DNA of 64,000 bases, taken from the NCBI GenBank assembly GCA_951406725.2, contig OX597840.1:29884001-29948000 (forward strand), given 5' to 3'. The stretch comes from Octopus vulgaris (taxonomy: Eukaryota). The notes below the pieces were generated by a model. The model did no database searches and was not told the DNA's origin. It saw nothing but the letters and a program-made list of their open reading frames with translations. A program made the position numbers and the translations under genes. Shown here piece after piece: positions 26,420-40,199 of this stretch. Every line of letters begins with the position of its first letter. Positions within the stretch are counted from its first letter, which is position 1.

Positions 26420-26803
26420 TGATGGAAGCACTTCTTCGGTACGACAATGAGGGTTCCGGTTGATCTGATCAACGGAACAGCCTGCTCGTGAAATTAACGT
26501 GTAAGTGGCTGAGCACTCCACAGACACGTGTACCCTTAACGTAGTTCTCGGGGATATTCAGCGTGACACAGAGAGTGACAAGGCCGGCCCTTTGAAATAC
26601 AGGTACAACAGAAACAGGAAGTAAGAGTGAGAGAAAGTTGTGGTGAAAGAGTACAGCAGGGATCACCACCATCCCCTGCTGGAGCCTCGTGGAGCTTTTA
26701 GGTGTTTTCGCTCAATAAACACTCACAATGCCCGGTCTGGGAATCGAAACTGCGATCCTATGACCGCGAGTCTGCTGCCTTAACCACTGGGCCATTGCGC
26801 CTC
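26420..26803 (-). mobile_element. tRNA-headed SINE family D (tail type i) with 12-bp TSD
   Basis: Head GAGGCGCAATGGCCCAGTGGTTAAGG...GTTTCGATTCCC; TSD TTTTACTGTCTA at 26408-26419 and 26804-26815. Confidence 0.9.
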
Positions 26804-27374
26804 TTTTACTGTCTAACAAGACTTAAAGTGATGTCTTAAACTCAACAATTGTTGTTATTTAATTTAAACAGTCTTCCTCGGCTTGTTTCTCTCTACTCTG
26901 ACAATTTCAGCACCAAATTTTTCTTTTCCACAGAACTGCTATTTTCAGTTCTGTTTTTTTCTTCTCTTGGTACATTGTTATTTGATATCAGAGGTATATT
27001 TCTTTTTCATGTAAGCTAAGCTTGAGTATCATTTTCAGTTGAAGAGACACGCAATGACATTTTAACCTTTCTCGATTCCGAACAAGTAACAGAGCCGTGA
27101 TACAGCTTCAGGAAAAATCTAACTGCTTCCAAAGTTTTCATTAGTAATTCTACGGATAATAGAATTGTTCTGTTTGTTTTTATCATTTTATTTACATTTT
27201 GTCTTTTTCTTTTTTCTTTTTTTTTTTGGTTTTCTCACTTAAGAAACAGAGATAATTGTAACTGATTGAAGAATTTGCAAGAGAATGGTTGGAATTAAAT
27301 TGGTAACGGGGTGGGGAGTGACAAAGTGAAATTTAGATCAAAAGACATTGGCAGAATGAAATGGATATCCCTAC

Positions 27375-28045
<671 letters not shown>

Positions 28046-28668
28046 TCTCTATGTTATAACTTGGCATGAGGATTGATGTTATCCTTTGTTTCTGCCTTAT
28101 TTCATTTATCCCTGTTATTAATTATTTCAGTCCATATTGCCCTCTTCTCTCTCTCCCTCTCCCTCTCTCTCCCTCACTCTCTCTCTCGTTCACTCTTCAT
28201 CTTTTTTCTTTTTTCTTTTCTTCTCCATCTCCTGCTTCCTTCTCTCTCTCTCTCATCATCTCTTCATTCATTTAACCTTTTCACTTCCATTTCACCCTGT
28301 TTTTGTTGCTCCACCGATTCAAAGTCCTGCTGCCATTGCTGCTACTGCTACTACTATTACTGCTGCCATGATACCATTAACAGATCAGGTTTAATCGATT
28401 CACCTTTCACTCAAAACTAAACCCAAAGACACAAGTGACAACAGACAGAATACAATTACAATCAAAATACAAAATAAATAAATAAAGAAACAAATAAAAT
28501 TAAAAAAGGGTCAGATTGACTATAAATTACCATTCTTTGGTAATGGTCAGGTTATAAGGAAGCTAGGTTCCAATTAGACTGGAGAATAAAATGGAGAAGA
28601 AACTGAAGCATTTAGAGATAATAAAGGGATAAAGTGCTGAAGCCTGACTTTCAATATTTACCAGCTGT

Positions 28669-29457
28669 GAAGGTGGTGACCTGGCAGAAACGTTAGTACA
28701 CCGGGCGAAATGTGTAGCTGTATTTTGTCTGCCATTACGTTCTGAGTTCAAATTCCGCCGAAGTCGACTTTGCCTTTCATCCTTTCGGGGTCGATAAATT
28801 AAGTATCAGTTACGCACTGGGGTCGATGTAATCGACTTAATCCATTTGTCTGTCCTTGTTTGTACCCTCTGTGCTTATCCCCTTGTCGGTAGTAAAGAAA
28901 TAGGTTGCTACGTTCTGAGTTCAAATATCGCTGAGGTCGACTTTGCCATTCATCCTTTTGGGGTTGATAAATTAAGTACCAGTTATGCACTGGGGTCGAT
29001 GTAATTGACTTTATCCCTTTGCCTGTCCTTGTTTGTCCCCTCTGTGTTTAGCCCCTTGTAAGTAGTAAAGAAATAAGAAACGTTTGCATGCCAGGCAAAA
29101 TGCTTAGCAGTATTTCATCTGCCGATACGTTCTGAGTTCAAATTTTGCCGAGGTTGACTTTGCCTTTCATCCTTTCGGGGTTGATAAATTAAGTACCAGT
29201 TATGCACTGGGATCGATATAATCGACTTAATCCATTTGTCTGTCCTTGTTTTTCCTCTCTGTATCTATCCCCTTGTGGGTAGTAAAGAAATAGGTATTTC
29301 ATCTATCTTTACATTCTGAGTTCAAATTCCACCGAGGTCGACTTTGCTTTTCATCCTTTTGGGGTTGATAAATTAAGTACCAGTGAAATACTGGGGTCGA
29401 TCTAATCGACTGGCCCCCTCCCCCAAAATTTCGGGCCTTGTGCCTAGAGTAGGAAAG
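28669..29457 (+). mobile_element. SINE family B tetramer flanked by one 16-bp TSD
   Basis: Four tandem bodies; AATATTTACCAGCTGT at 28653-28668 and 29458-29473. Confidence 0.9.
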
Positions 29458-29665
29458 AATATTTACCAGCTGTTTATTAGTCTGTTTTAAAAATTGAACT
29501 ACCTTCTATGTCATGTGATAAGACAACTGGCTCCATTCAAGACTCAAACGAGCCTCTTTTAAAAGCTGATTTATTACTTTCTAGCTTTTGATATGCTTTT
29601 TTGAAACAATTAGAACAAAATTGTAAGTTATTAGGTATCCTTATCCACCTCGTAAACATATTCTA

Positions 29666-30255
29666 TCTTTGTGGTACCAGTGCCGGTGGCAGATAGGAAA
29701 ACCATCCGAACGTGGCCGTAGTCAGTACCGCATCGACTGGCCTCCGTGCTGTGGGCACGTAACAAACACCATCCGATCGTGGCCGTTCGCCAGCCTCGTA
29801 TGGCACCTGTGTCGGTGGCACATAAAAAAAACACCATCCGAGCGTAGCCGTTCGCCAGCCTCGTCTGGCACCTGTGTCGGTGGCACATAAAAAAACACCA
29901 TCCGAGCGTGGCCGTCCGCCAGCCTCGTATGGCACCTGTGTCGGTGGCACATAAAAAAACACCATCCGAGCGTAGCCGTCCGCCAGCCTCGTCTGGCACC
30001 TGTGTCGGTGGCACATAAAAAACACCATCCGAGCGTGGCCGTTCGCCAGCCTCGTCTGGGACCTGTGTCGGTGGCACATAAAATCACCCACTACACTCTC
30101 GGAGTGGTTGGCGTTAGGAAGGGCATCCAGCCGTAGAAACACTGCCAGATCTGACTAGCCTGGTGCAGCCTTCTGGCTTCACAGACCCCAGTTGAACCGT
30201 CCAACCCATGCTAGCATGGAAAGCGGATGTTAAACGATGATGATGATGATGATGA
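29666..30255 (+). mobile_element. Family C retroposon with about 6 units of 63-66 bp
   Basis: Unit AAAAAACACCATCCGAGCGTGGCCGTTCGCCAGCCTCGTCTGGCACCTGTGTCGGTGGCACAT; boundaries defined by the empty paralogous site at about 30640-30665. Confidence 0.9.
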
Positions 30256-30842
30256 TATAGCCAGTGTTTACTGAATGCTTTTTATGTTGCACCAACATCA
30301 GTAGGGTCACCAGATGTGAAGGTGGTGAGCTGGCAGAAACGTTAGCACACATTCTTAGTGGTATTTCGTTTGTCATTACGTTCTGAGTTCAAATTTCGCT
30401 GAGGTCGACATTGTCATTCATCCTTTTGGGGGCGATAAATTAAGTACCAGTTATGCACTGGGGTCGATGTTATCAACTTAATCCCTTTGCCTGTCCTTGT
30501 TTGTCCCAAGACAACTGGCTCCATTCAGGACTCAAATGAGCCTCTGTTAAAAGCTGATTTATTACTTTCTAGCTTTTGAAATGCTTTTTGAAACACTTAG
30601 ACAAAAATTGTAAGTTATTAGGTATCCTTATCCACCTCGTAAACATATTCTTCTATATAGCCAGTGTTTACTGAATGCTTTTTATGTTGCACCAACATCA
30701 GTAGGGTCACCATGTAACTTGTGAGATGAAGGGCCCTCGGCTGGGAAAGGGAGTGGAACCAAGGAAGATGGCTTTATGCCAGTGGAGGGCTTAAAGTTTA
30801 GAGATAGGTGTCTCACTATAGAGGAGGTACATACATACATTT

Positions 30843-31060
30843 GAGGAGGAGCTGAAAAATTCCTGGTTTTAAGGGTTTCATGAAAGGCTTGGCTGGAGGC
30901 CCAACTTTCTAAGTTCTTTTACAGGGCTTAGTAAAACTGAAGGATCACTGCAATAAATGTTTTGTAAATATGAGAGAGAGTAATATGTTGAATAAAATCA
31001 TAATTAACTGATCTTCCTGTCTTATCTTTTACCCAACACCAGGAACTTTACAGCAACCCT
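30843..31060 (+). mobile_element. Non-autonomous mariner element
   Basis: TIR remnants GCTGAAAAATTCCTGG / CCAGGAACTTTACAGC; internal LQGLVKLKDHCNKC...YVE* resembles a mariner transposase C-terminus. Confidence 0.7.
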
Positions 31061-31486
31061 TTATCTATATATTTATTGATGAGTTTTGTTTCTTTTTTCC
31101 TGATGAGATGATTGTGTTGTTTTACATAATTTTTATTCCCTCTGGAATAATCTCAATGCTTTTTTGAAAGATATGTTGGAAATATAAATGATTTGAATAA
31201 TACCTGTGTTTGATTCCATTTCTTAATTTATCTGTCATACAGAAACATTTCACTTAACCCTGGAACTTCTACCTTTATAAGTAGGCTGCAACATCCTTGG
31301 CACTTATGTGAATTTTTGCTACCCTGGTAACTATTTATTTATTTTTTACATCGCCTGGCACCTGTGCTGGTGGCACATGAAAAGCACCCACTACACTTAC
31401 GGAGTGGTTGGCATTAGGAGGGGCATACTTGATAAGTGTAAGCACCTGTATATGCCAGATAGTGGCAGAGGTGAGAGAGAATATAT

Positions 31487-31703
31487 CAAATAAAATTAAA
31501 AACAGAACACAAGGATACGCAGTACACGTAATTTCAAGCTTTATAAACAACTTTCTTACATCAGTGCATTATTGATAAAAAATAATAATATATTATTAAT
31601 AATATATTATATCAATAATACACTGATGTAAGAACGGGTTGTTTATAAAGCTTGAAACACGTGTACTGCGATATCCTTTGTGTTCTGTTTTTAATTTTAT
31701 TTG
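31487..31703. repeat. Fold-back inverted repeat with hammerhead-like motif (31621-31668)
   Basis: Arms of about 90 bp; right arm has CTGATGT AAG...CTT GAAA CACGTG TA. Confidence 0.75.
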
Positions 31704-32519
31704 TATATGTATATATAAATATATATTTATACACACATATATGTATATATAATGGGCTTCTTTCAGTTTCCATCTACAAAATCCACTCACAAGGGTTTGT
31801 CAGCCAAGGGTTATAGTAGAAGACACTTGTCCAAGGTTGTACATAGTGGGACTGAACCTGAAACCATGTAGTTGGGAAGTAAGGTTCTTACCACAGAGTC
31901 ATGCCTTTGCCTAAATTTATTTACTGATTCGTTTGTCTACTTATTTATTTATTTATTTATTTATTGATTTCTTTACTTATTTGTGTATATTTATATGACT
32001 GTACGTATGTCTGGTTCCATGTCTATGTATAGCCAAACTTAATGTGTCACCTTTTTGTTTCCTATCTGAAACTTCATCCCTGCAGAAGTTAAAACAGTTT
32101 TTTAAAAAATTTTATGCAGCTAAGTTCGTTTTTTTTTTAATTATATAAAAAACATACACCTACTTAAAACACAATAGATCTACAATGTCCCTAAATATAT
32201 AAAAAAAAGTCTTGTGAATACAACATATGTAGTTCATTACAAAAAATATATTTTGTATAGAAAAAAATTCTTTTTCACAAAATTACATATAACTACATTT
32301 AAAAACGTGCACTTGAATTTTTTCAATGAGTGAAAGATATGAAATAATAAAAAGTATACTTGTTTATGTATTTATTTTTCAAGATTCTTGATGTGAAATC
32401 GTGTGTTGAAGCATATATTGTTATACTTGGGGATGGTCATATTTTGGCAATTAAACACATGCACTTTATATTTGGCCTTTACTTCAGTTTTATTCTTATC
32501 ATCATCATCATCATCATTA

Positions 32520-33073
32520 TTGAGTGAGAGAGCAGTGCATGCCCTCAAAGTGACACTGGGGTAAAATATACGAAACCCAGTATACCTATCATGACCACCT
32601 GTCTGATAAGGGTACACCAGGCACATGCATCACAACCATATGTGCACGACATGGTGATCTCATATCAAGATAAACAGCACATGACCTTGCATGTAGGGCC
32701 CAGTTAGAATTTTCTTCTGGTCAAGTAACCCACCAACTCAAAAGGTCCCTGAATAAGGATTGTTTAAGGATGTTGAACGAAACACCCATGTTTCGAAAGG
32801 TGAATTATCCAAACCTCCAAGAATCCCTCTCAACACATGGCTATGATGCTCCCCCACTACTTCTGCACATGATCAGAGATGCACATATCATCAGCCACTA
32901 AGGGACATGCTCAACTGGTTAAGGTCAAACAACTGACAAGCAAATCTGTGGTATTGAGCAGAATATTTGCTGTAACCCATCTTTTATACGAAGACAAAAC
33001 AATGTACATGATAAAATTTCCAATCAGTTAAGATCAGAAGCCATGAGAGCCACTGCCTGGTACTGCATCAGGG

Positions 33074-33075
<2 letters not shown>
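32520..33075. mobile_element. Unclassified ~550-bp insert between (CAT)n and (TAT)n tracts
   Basis: Compositionally distinct block bounded by trinucleotide repeats; single copy here, so only inferred to be a microsatellite-targeting retroelement piece. Confidence 0.35.
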
Positions 33076-33107
<32 letters not shown>

Positions 33108-33776
33108 GAGGGCGCCAAGCTGGTAGAATCATTAGCATGCCGGGTGAAATACTTTGTGGTATCTCATCTGCTGCTATGTTCTGAGTTCATATTCCACTAA
33201 GGTCAACTTTGCTTTTCATCCTTTCGGGGTCGATTTTGCCTTCCGTCCTATCCTAAAACACTTCAGTAGCTCTACTTTGCATTGCTTGCAAACTTATGTT
33301 CTGTGGCCTTGTACCAAAATTTGAAATCAATAACTATTTAATTCATTAATTAATAATATCACCAATTTTCACCTGAGATATTAACCCCTATTAAACTCAA
33401 AAGCTGAAGGACGTAAAAATCTTGAGAAATTTACTTTGGTAAAACAGTCTCTGATACATGAGTTTGACATGGTTTTGGGGGATTGATGCCCTTCTTAATG
33501 CAAAACATTTTGCAGGGTTAACTAAGTGTTTTTCTTATATGTGGCACCAACACAAATGAGGGTGCCTTGTAATGGGTGAGACTAAACAAATGCCACAATT
33601 GAAAGAAGAAAAGAGACAAAGGGTGTTGATAATTTGAGAGATGATGAAAGGGTTATGTATGATGTGAGGAACAAGGTTAAGGTGTGAGGGTGTAGTGGTA
33701 GTAGTGGTGAGAGTAACAGTTGTTATGTTGTGCATATGTGTGTGCATGCATGTGCATACATATATGTGTGTGTATG

Positions 33777-33807
<31 letters not shown>

Positions 33808-33853
33808 TTAAAAAAAGGAGATGTGGAACACGAGTTGTGATATATAAAAAAAG

Positions 33854-34133
33854 GGAAATGAAGAAAATGCTGACAAAATAATTTAAGTAAGGGAGAGTGT
33901 ATTTAATTAGGTGAAAGTTCTTTACCGGTTGCGCATTTGTTATGCTTATCAAAAGATATTTTATAAAGAGAGATAGGGTTCCTTTCTGATAGATATCTAT
34001 CAGAAAGGAACCCTATCTCTCTTAAAAAAATATCTTTTGATAAGCATAACAAATGCGCAACCGGTAAAGAACTTTCACCTAATTAAATACACTCTCCCTT
34101 ACTTAAATTATTTTGTCAGCATTTTCTTCATTT

Positions 34134-34135
<2 letters not shown>
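33854..34135. repeat. 282-bp near-perfect palindrome with no spacer
   Basis: 141-bp arms, centre ATAGAT|ATCTAT at 33994/33995; only a few mismatches; (TA)n nearby on both sides. Confidence 0.95.
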
Positions 34136-34173
<38 letters not shown>

Positions 34174-34250
34174 ATAAATATTAGGGAATAAATCCAAATT
34201 TAGAGGGAAAAATCAGATTTAGGATTGAAACCAATTTTATAGTAAAATAT

Positions 34251-34459
34251 TATATTATATTAAATTAGAGACAAAACCACTATTATGCAAATCAAACAAA
34301 GAAAGACTTAAGCCAATACATAAGTAATTTATATAAATTTAGAAATTTAACAATTATAATTATAATTGTTAAATTTCTAAATTTATATAAATTATTTTAT
34401 GTATTGGCTTATGTCTTTCTTTGTTTGATTTGCATAATAGTGGTTTTGTCTCTAATTTA

Positions 34460-34468
<9 letters not shown>
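34251..34468. repeat. 218-bp palindrome formed from the 6407-type pLTR cassette
   Basis: Centre CAATTATAA|TTATAATTG at 34359/34360; left arm matches about 6490-6565. Confidence 0.9.
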
Positions 34469-34498
<30 letters not shown>

Positions 34499-35405
34499 TT
34501 GTAGCAAGTAAATAATTTAGGTCTTACAGGGAATTGAAACCGTCGAGGTTGAATTGAATTTAATTTAATACAGCCATTTATATAGTTAATATATAGATAT
34601 AGTGTTTTGTTTTGTTTTTATATAGGTAGCATGGTAGGTTCTTTAGGCTGGATATAGATAATTTTTTTTTTAATTCTTTTCATTTTTTTAATTTTGAAAA
34701 AAAAAATTTTTTAATTTTGAAAATTTGGGCTGGTCTGAGTATGACTTCCTAAATAAGAAACCACGCAATATTGCATTAGGTTTGGTTAAGGAGGTCTCGC
34801 CCGGGTACGTGATGTGTGCTTCTTTATTTTTACCCTGACAAAGGAGTAATTATCGTGATGCACCCTCGTGCATTAAATACGGTGATGAACCCCTGAAATG
34901 GCCATAGGGAATGTAAATATGGTTTCTTCTTTTTTTTACTTGGACACTGGCTTTTAACAATAGGTTTCTCTTATCCTGAAAAGTAATTTTTAATTGAAAA
35001 GATTTCTAAACGATGAACTTTTATCTTACCTTATATATTATATCTTATTCATTTATGTTTCAAATATATATGTATTTTTATATCTTTTGATAAATATATA
35101 TAATTATATATTTCCTTATATTTTTATGTATTTATTATTCTAGATGTTGTAATGTTAAAAAATATATATTTTTTAGTCGCTAAAGTATTAACCATTAACT
35201 TTTAACCGCGATGAACTGTATTCACACATTTTTCTTATATTTTTCTTATATGCTTGTATTGATGAGTTGTGCTTCATCTTCTGTGATTTTATGCATGTAT
35301 ATTCTATGTGAAAGAAAAAAGCATTACGTGATTAAATGTTCGAGATGTGATATGTTAGGTGGATGACCTTATATTTGTTTGTTCTGCAACCGTAGTTTAA
35401 TAAAT

Positions 35406-35478
<73 letters not shown>

Positions 35479-35483
35479 TTTAA

Positions 35484-35538
<55 letters not shown>

Positions 35539-36413
35539 CATATATATATATACACATATTTGGGTGCATGAGCCTGTATTATTTTGGCAAAATGAATATG
35601 GGTATAGAATATTTTTATCCACAAATGGTAGGCAAAAGTAAGAAAAATAAGTATGCTTTACAAATGAAGACTCTTGCAATGATTGTTCTGCACCGAGCTA
35701 CTGGCACTCCCTTGTCAATTTCACATCAAGAAATGCTGTGAATTTGCGAATGGCCTATTGAAAAATTTTCAAACTGTAATCTTATTGCTTGCATTTTTCA
35801 GGAAATTAAATATATAAATAAATATATATATATAAATTAAAAAAAATAATAAAGCAAACAGAATAACAATGGTAAAGTTTGTGCAGATATTTGTTTATTC
35901 AAGACCCAGGGAGATAAAGTTATTCTCTAACTAAGGTTTCAATGCCAACAGATTAGGTATCTACCTCTTAACAATTTCTGTCAAAACATTTTGCTATTCT
36001 TTAACAAAATGCCTTTCTGAATTAAATTTTTAAATAATCCCGTCCTTAGAGGGATTTATTAAAGTTAACTAACTTCTCGTTAATTAACTGATAATTAGAA
36101 CATGACTTAACAAAAGATTCTTACAAGAGCATTATGCAGTAGTTTTTATTTTAGATAGGCTAAGCTTTGTATCTGAGAATCTTAATTAACCATGGGGCAT
36201 AATTTTGAATTTAATCAAGAATTTAGAGAGCTTTATTAATTAAAAAAAACAACTAGTTTTTATTATTAAGCTGATGATTAGAATACAAATTAATGAAGTG
36301 TTCTTAAATAAAAAAAGATATGAGGAAAAGTTTCTTGTTAAATATAAACACATTTAAACAAATGGTTTTTGTGTGATAAAAACCAGGGTTAATCTTTGTT
36401 GCATTGGTATTTA

Positions 36414-36640
36414 AGGCGGTGAGCTGGCAGAATCGTTAGCACACCGGGCGAAATGCTCAGCAATATTTCGTCTGCCGTTACGTTCTGAGTTCAAATTCCA
36501 CCGAGGTCAACTTTGCCTTTCGTCCTTTCGGGGTCGATTAAATAAATACCAGTTATGCACTGGGGTCGATATAATCGACTTAATCCCTTTGTCTGTCCTT
36601 GTTTGTCCCCTCTGTGTTTAGCCCCTTCTGGGTAATAAAT
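36414..36640 (+). mobile_element. Full-length SINE family B
   Basis: AGGCGGTGAGCTGGCAGAATCGTTAGC head plus core. Confidence 0.9.
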
Positions 36641-37045
36641 AAATAGGTATTTGAATAGTTAGAGAAATGAAGAATAAAGATTTGGGCAATAGGAAAATTC
36701 TTCATGTGAAGGAACGTAGATACAAATGAATCATTAGGCTGGAATGGTATTCCAGTCGATAGGACACGAAATTCGTTCATTTGCTCCTTCGTTCATTTAA
36801 CTTCCATTTTTCCATGCTCGTAGGATGCTCTTCCTGTGGCCAACATTCACCTGTTTTACAAGTAAGGGATGTCTTTCGAAAGCATAAAGTGGCCTGTCAT
36901 TATGTCAATGAGGAAATGTAACACAGTCAGTGTTTCACTCAAATAGTGATGTGTAAGAAATAATAACATTTATGCACATCTGCACACAGACATATATTGC
37001 AGCAGCAAAGGTCTCATGGTCTCATGGAATGCAAAGGTCTCATAG

Positions 37046-37350
37046 TGGAGGCACATGGCCTAGTGGTTAGAGCAGCAGACTCGCAGTCGAGGGATCGCAG
37101 GTTCGAACCTCAGACCGGACGATGTGTGTGTTTATGAGTGAAACATCTAAGCTCCACGCAGCTCCGGCAGAAGGTAATGCTGAACTTCTGACTCTTTCAC
37201 CACAACTTTCTCTCACTCTTTCCTCCTGCATCTTGCAGTTCACCTGTGACGGACCGGCGTCTTTTCCAGGTGGGGAACCTATACATCAATGAAACCAAGA
37301 AACTACCCCTTATGAGCCAGGCATGGCTCAAGAAGGAACAAACAAACAAA
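37046..37350 (+). mobile_element. SINE family D head with tail type iii
   Basis: GTGGAGGCACATGGCCTAGTGGTTAGAG...GGTTCGAACC head; tail CCTGTGACGGACCGGCG...AAGAAGGAAC(AAAC)n. Confidence 0.8.
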
Positions 37351-37685
37351 AGGTCTCTGTCTTTTGGCAAGCAGTGTAGAAGTAAGCATGTGATTGGATA
37401 ATGAAGAACAATGTTTTTAAAAGACTCATTGATGTAATTGTTTTTAATTGTAATGGTCATTTTAGTTCATAAAAGTGTAATAATATTGTAAGAAGTTTAA
37501 TACCTCATTTAGTATTTTTAAAAAACAATGTTTTAGAGAAGCAAAAGTCGGCGGGCGCTTTGTCTTCTCCCATCCTTATCATCCTTGTATCATTATCATT
37601 CACCTCATTAATGTCCGTGTCCAGTCCGCAAGCTACATTACTCTGTGTACTGCCTTTATGGCAAATCCGATAAAATAAAGTATGC

Positions 37686-38090
37686 AGGCACAGGAGTGGC
37701 TGTGTGGTAAGTAGCTTGCTTACCAACCACATGGTTCTGGGTTCAGTCCCACTGTGTGGCATCTTGGGCAAGTGTCTTCTGCTATAGCCCCAGGCCGACC
37801 AATGCCTTGTGAGTGGATTTGGTAGACGGAAACTGAAAGAAGCCTGTCGTATATATGTATATATATATATATGTATGTGTGTGTGTTTGTGTGTCTGTGT
37901 TTGTCCCCCTAGCATTGTTTGACAACCGATGCTGGTGTGTTTATGTCCCCGTTACTTAGCGGTTCGGCAGAAGAGAACCGATAGAATAAGTACTGGGCTT
38001 ACAAAAAGAACAAGTCCCGGGGTCGAGTTGCTCGATTAAAAGGCGGTGCTCCAGTATGGCCACAGTCAAATGACTGAAACAAGTAAAAGA
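37686..38090 (+). mobile_element. Full-length SINE family A
   Basis: Complete head, TA/TG tract and tail. Confidence 0.9.
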
Positions 38091-38102
38091 GAGAGAGAGA
38101 GA

Positions 38103-38201
38103 GTGCTATTGATATATGGCAGCGAAACATGGACACTGACAAAGCGATCATCAAACGGCATAAATGTATACTACACAAGGATGCTATGAATGGCCCTTAA
38201 T
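38103..38201 (+). pseudogene. RTE-clade LINE ORF fragment
   Basis: Translation VLLIYGSETWTLTKRSSNGINVYYTRML*MALN contains the conserved LLYGSETW motif. Confidence 0.75.
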
Positions 38202-38615
38202 GCTCCAGCATGGCCGCAGTCAAATGACTGAAACAAGTAAAAGAGTAAAAGAGTATGTATCATTTATCATGTACCATGTAGCATTAGAATCTGAATGCCA
38301 TGCTCCATGTGAAACGAAACATGCTGAATATTTTGTCATGGATCACTATATTGCATTCGAAACAACACTGCATTACCATCTGATACCACAGCGCATCCCA
38401 CTGCACCGTATTGCAATGCAATGCACTCTACATTTGTGAACATCGTTTGGTTGATATTGAAGCTTGAACAGGTATTTCTGTTATTAGTTCTGTGGATACC
38501 TGTCTTGGGATTAAGGAACAATGCAAAACACCTACACTGGAGATAAAACTCTGCAAATGTATATTTATATTGCAATCGATGTTCACTTCACTTCTTCTCC
38601 TCCATTTTGTTGTTG

Positions 38616-39290
38616 CTCTTCTTCTTCTTCTTCTTCTTCTTCTTCTTCTTCTTCTTCTTCTTCTCTTCTTCTTCTTCTTCTTCTTCTTCATTCTTCTTCT
38701 TCTTCTTCTTCTTCAATTCTTCTTCTTCTTCTTTCTTCAATTCTTCTTCTCCCCTCAATTCTCCTTCTTCTTCAATTCTCCTTCTTCTTCTTCTTCTTCA
38801 CTTTCTTCTTCTTCTTCTTCTGCTTCTCCTCCTCCTCCTCCTCCTCCTCTGCCATCTTCCTTTTATTTCTTTTTCTTTGTCTTCTTCCCCTTTCTTCCAC
38901 TTCTCCTTCTTCTCTTCCTCTCTCCTCCTCTTCTTTCTCTTTGTCCTCTCCCTCCTCTTCCTTCTTCCTTGTTTTCTTCATCTTCCCTCTTCTTCTTCTA
39001 CTTTTTCTTTTTCTACTTTTTCTCCTCCTCCTCCCCCGCCTCCTCCCCATCCACCTCTTCCTCCTCCTCATTCTTCATCTCCTTCACTGCCATCTTCCTT
39101 TTATTTCTTTTTCTTTGTCTTCTTCCCCTTCTTCCTCTTCTCCTTCTTCTCTTCCCCTCCCTTCCTCTTCTTTCTCTTTGTCCTCCTCCTTTTTCTTCTC
39201 TCTTCTTCTCCGTCTCCTCCTCCTCATTCTTTTTCGTTTCCCCCTCCTCCTCCTCCTCATCCCCCTCCTCCTCATCCCCCCTCCTCTTTT
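38616..39290. repeat. (CTT)n plus a structured pyrimidine-rich repeat (2 copies), related to 15131-15346
   Basis: CTGCCATCTTCCTTTTATTTCTTTTTCTTTGTCTTCTTCCCC occurs twice; the reverse complement is similar at 15270-15330. Confidence 0.8.
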
Positions 39291-39724
39291 GACTATTGCT
39301 TGGAAGCCAGGAGATGCAAAAAAAAAATGGCATTATAGCTAACAGTTTATTTAATATCGCAACAGCATCTCACAAGAGGTCGTTAATATTTCATATCCTG
39401 CATTATCTCACATTCAGCCAAGTTGAAAAGATGGCTGGAATATCTTGCCGTAGGCAAGGTTAGAACCCAAGGATCCACAGTTCCAATCTTGAGGAGCATG
39501 ATGAAGCACACCTACCACATACATATATGTATGTAGGGATAGATAGGCACATAGATACGTATACGCATGTGTGTAGAATATATATATATGTATATATATG
39601 TATCTATACGCACATACATATATACATAAATATGTACATGTATCATATATATATATGCATGCATATGTGTGTTTGTGTGTATATATATATGTGTGTGTGT
39701 GTGTACGATAAATACACATGCACA

Positions 39725-39763
<39 letters not shown>

Positions 39764-39853
39764 ATACATAATAAGTGTGTGTGTGATTTATATATGTCTG
39801 TATATATATATATATATATATATACCTATACATGATAAGACTATATATATGTG

Positions 39854-39892
<39 letters not shown>

Positions 39893-40199
39893 AGACTATA
39901 TATATGTGTGTGTGTGTATATATATATACACCTATACATAATGTGTGTGTGTATATATATATATGTATATATATAATACATAATTTGACTATATATATAT
40001 ATATGTGTATATATATATGTATGTATATATAAGCATATATATGTATGTGTATATAATATATATATGTAGGCATATATATTTATGCAAACACACGCAAGCA
40101 CGCATACCATTCAAAATTGATTAATGTGAATTGAATGAAATATTTTATTTTTCTTTAACTAACATGAAATAAACAAGAAAAGGGAAAGAAAGAAAGAAA

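Noticed and set aside
39410-39515. Minus-strand exon ([15 protein letters not shown]...)
   Set aside because: Acceptor lacks a pyrimidine tract and lies in microsatellite; no recognisable peptide.
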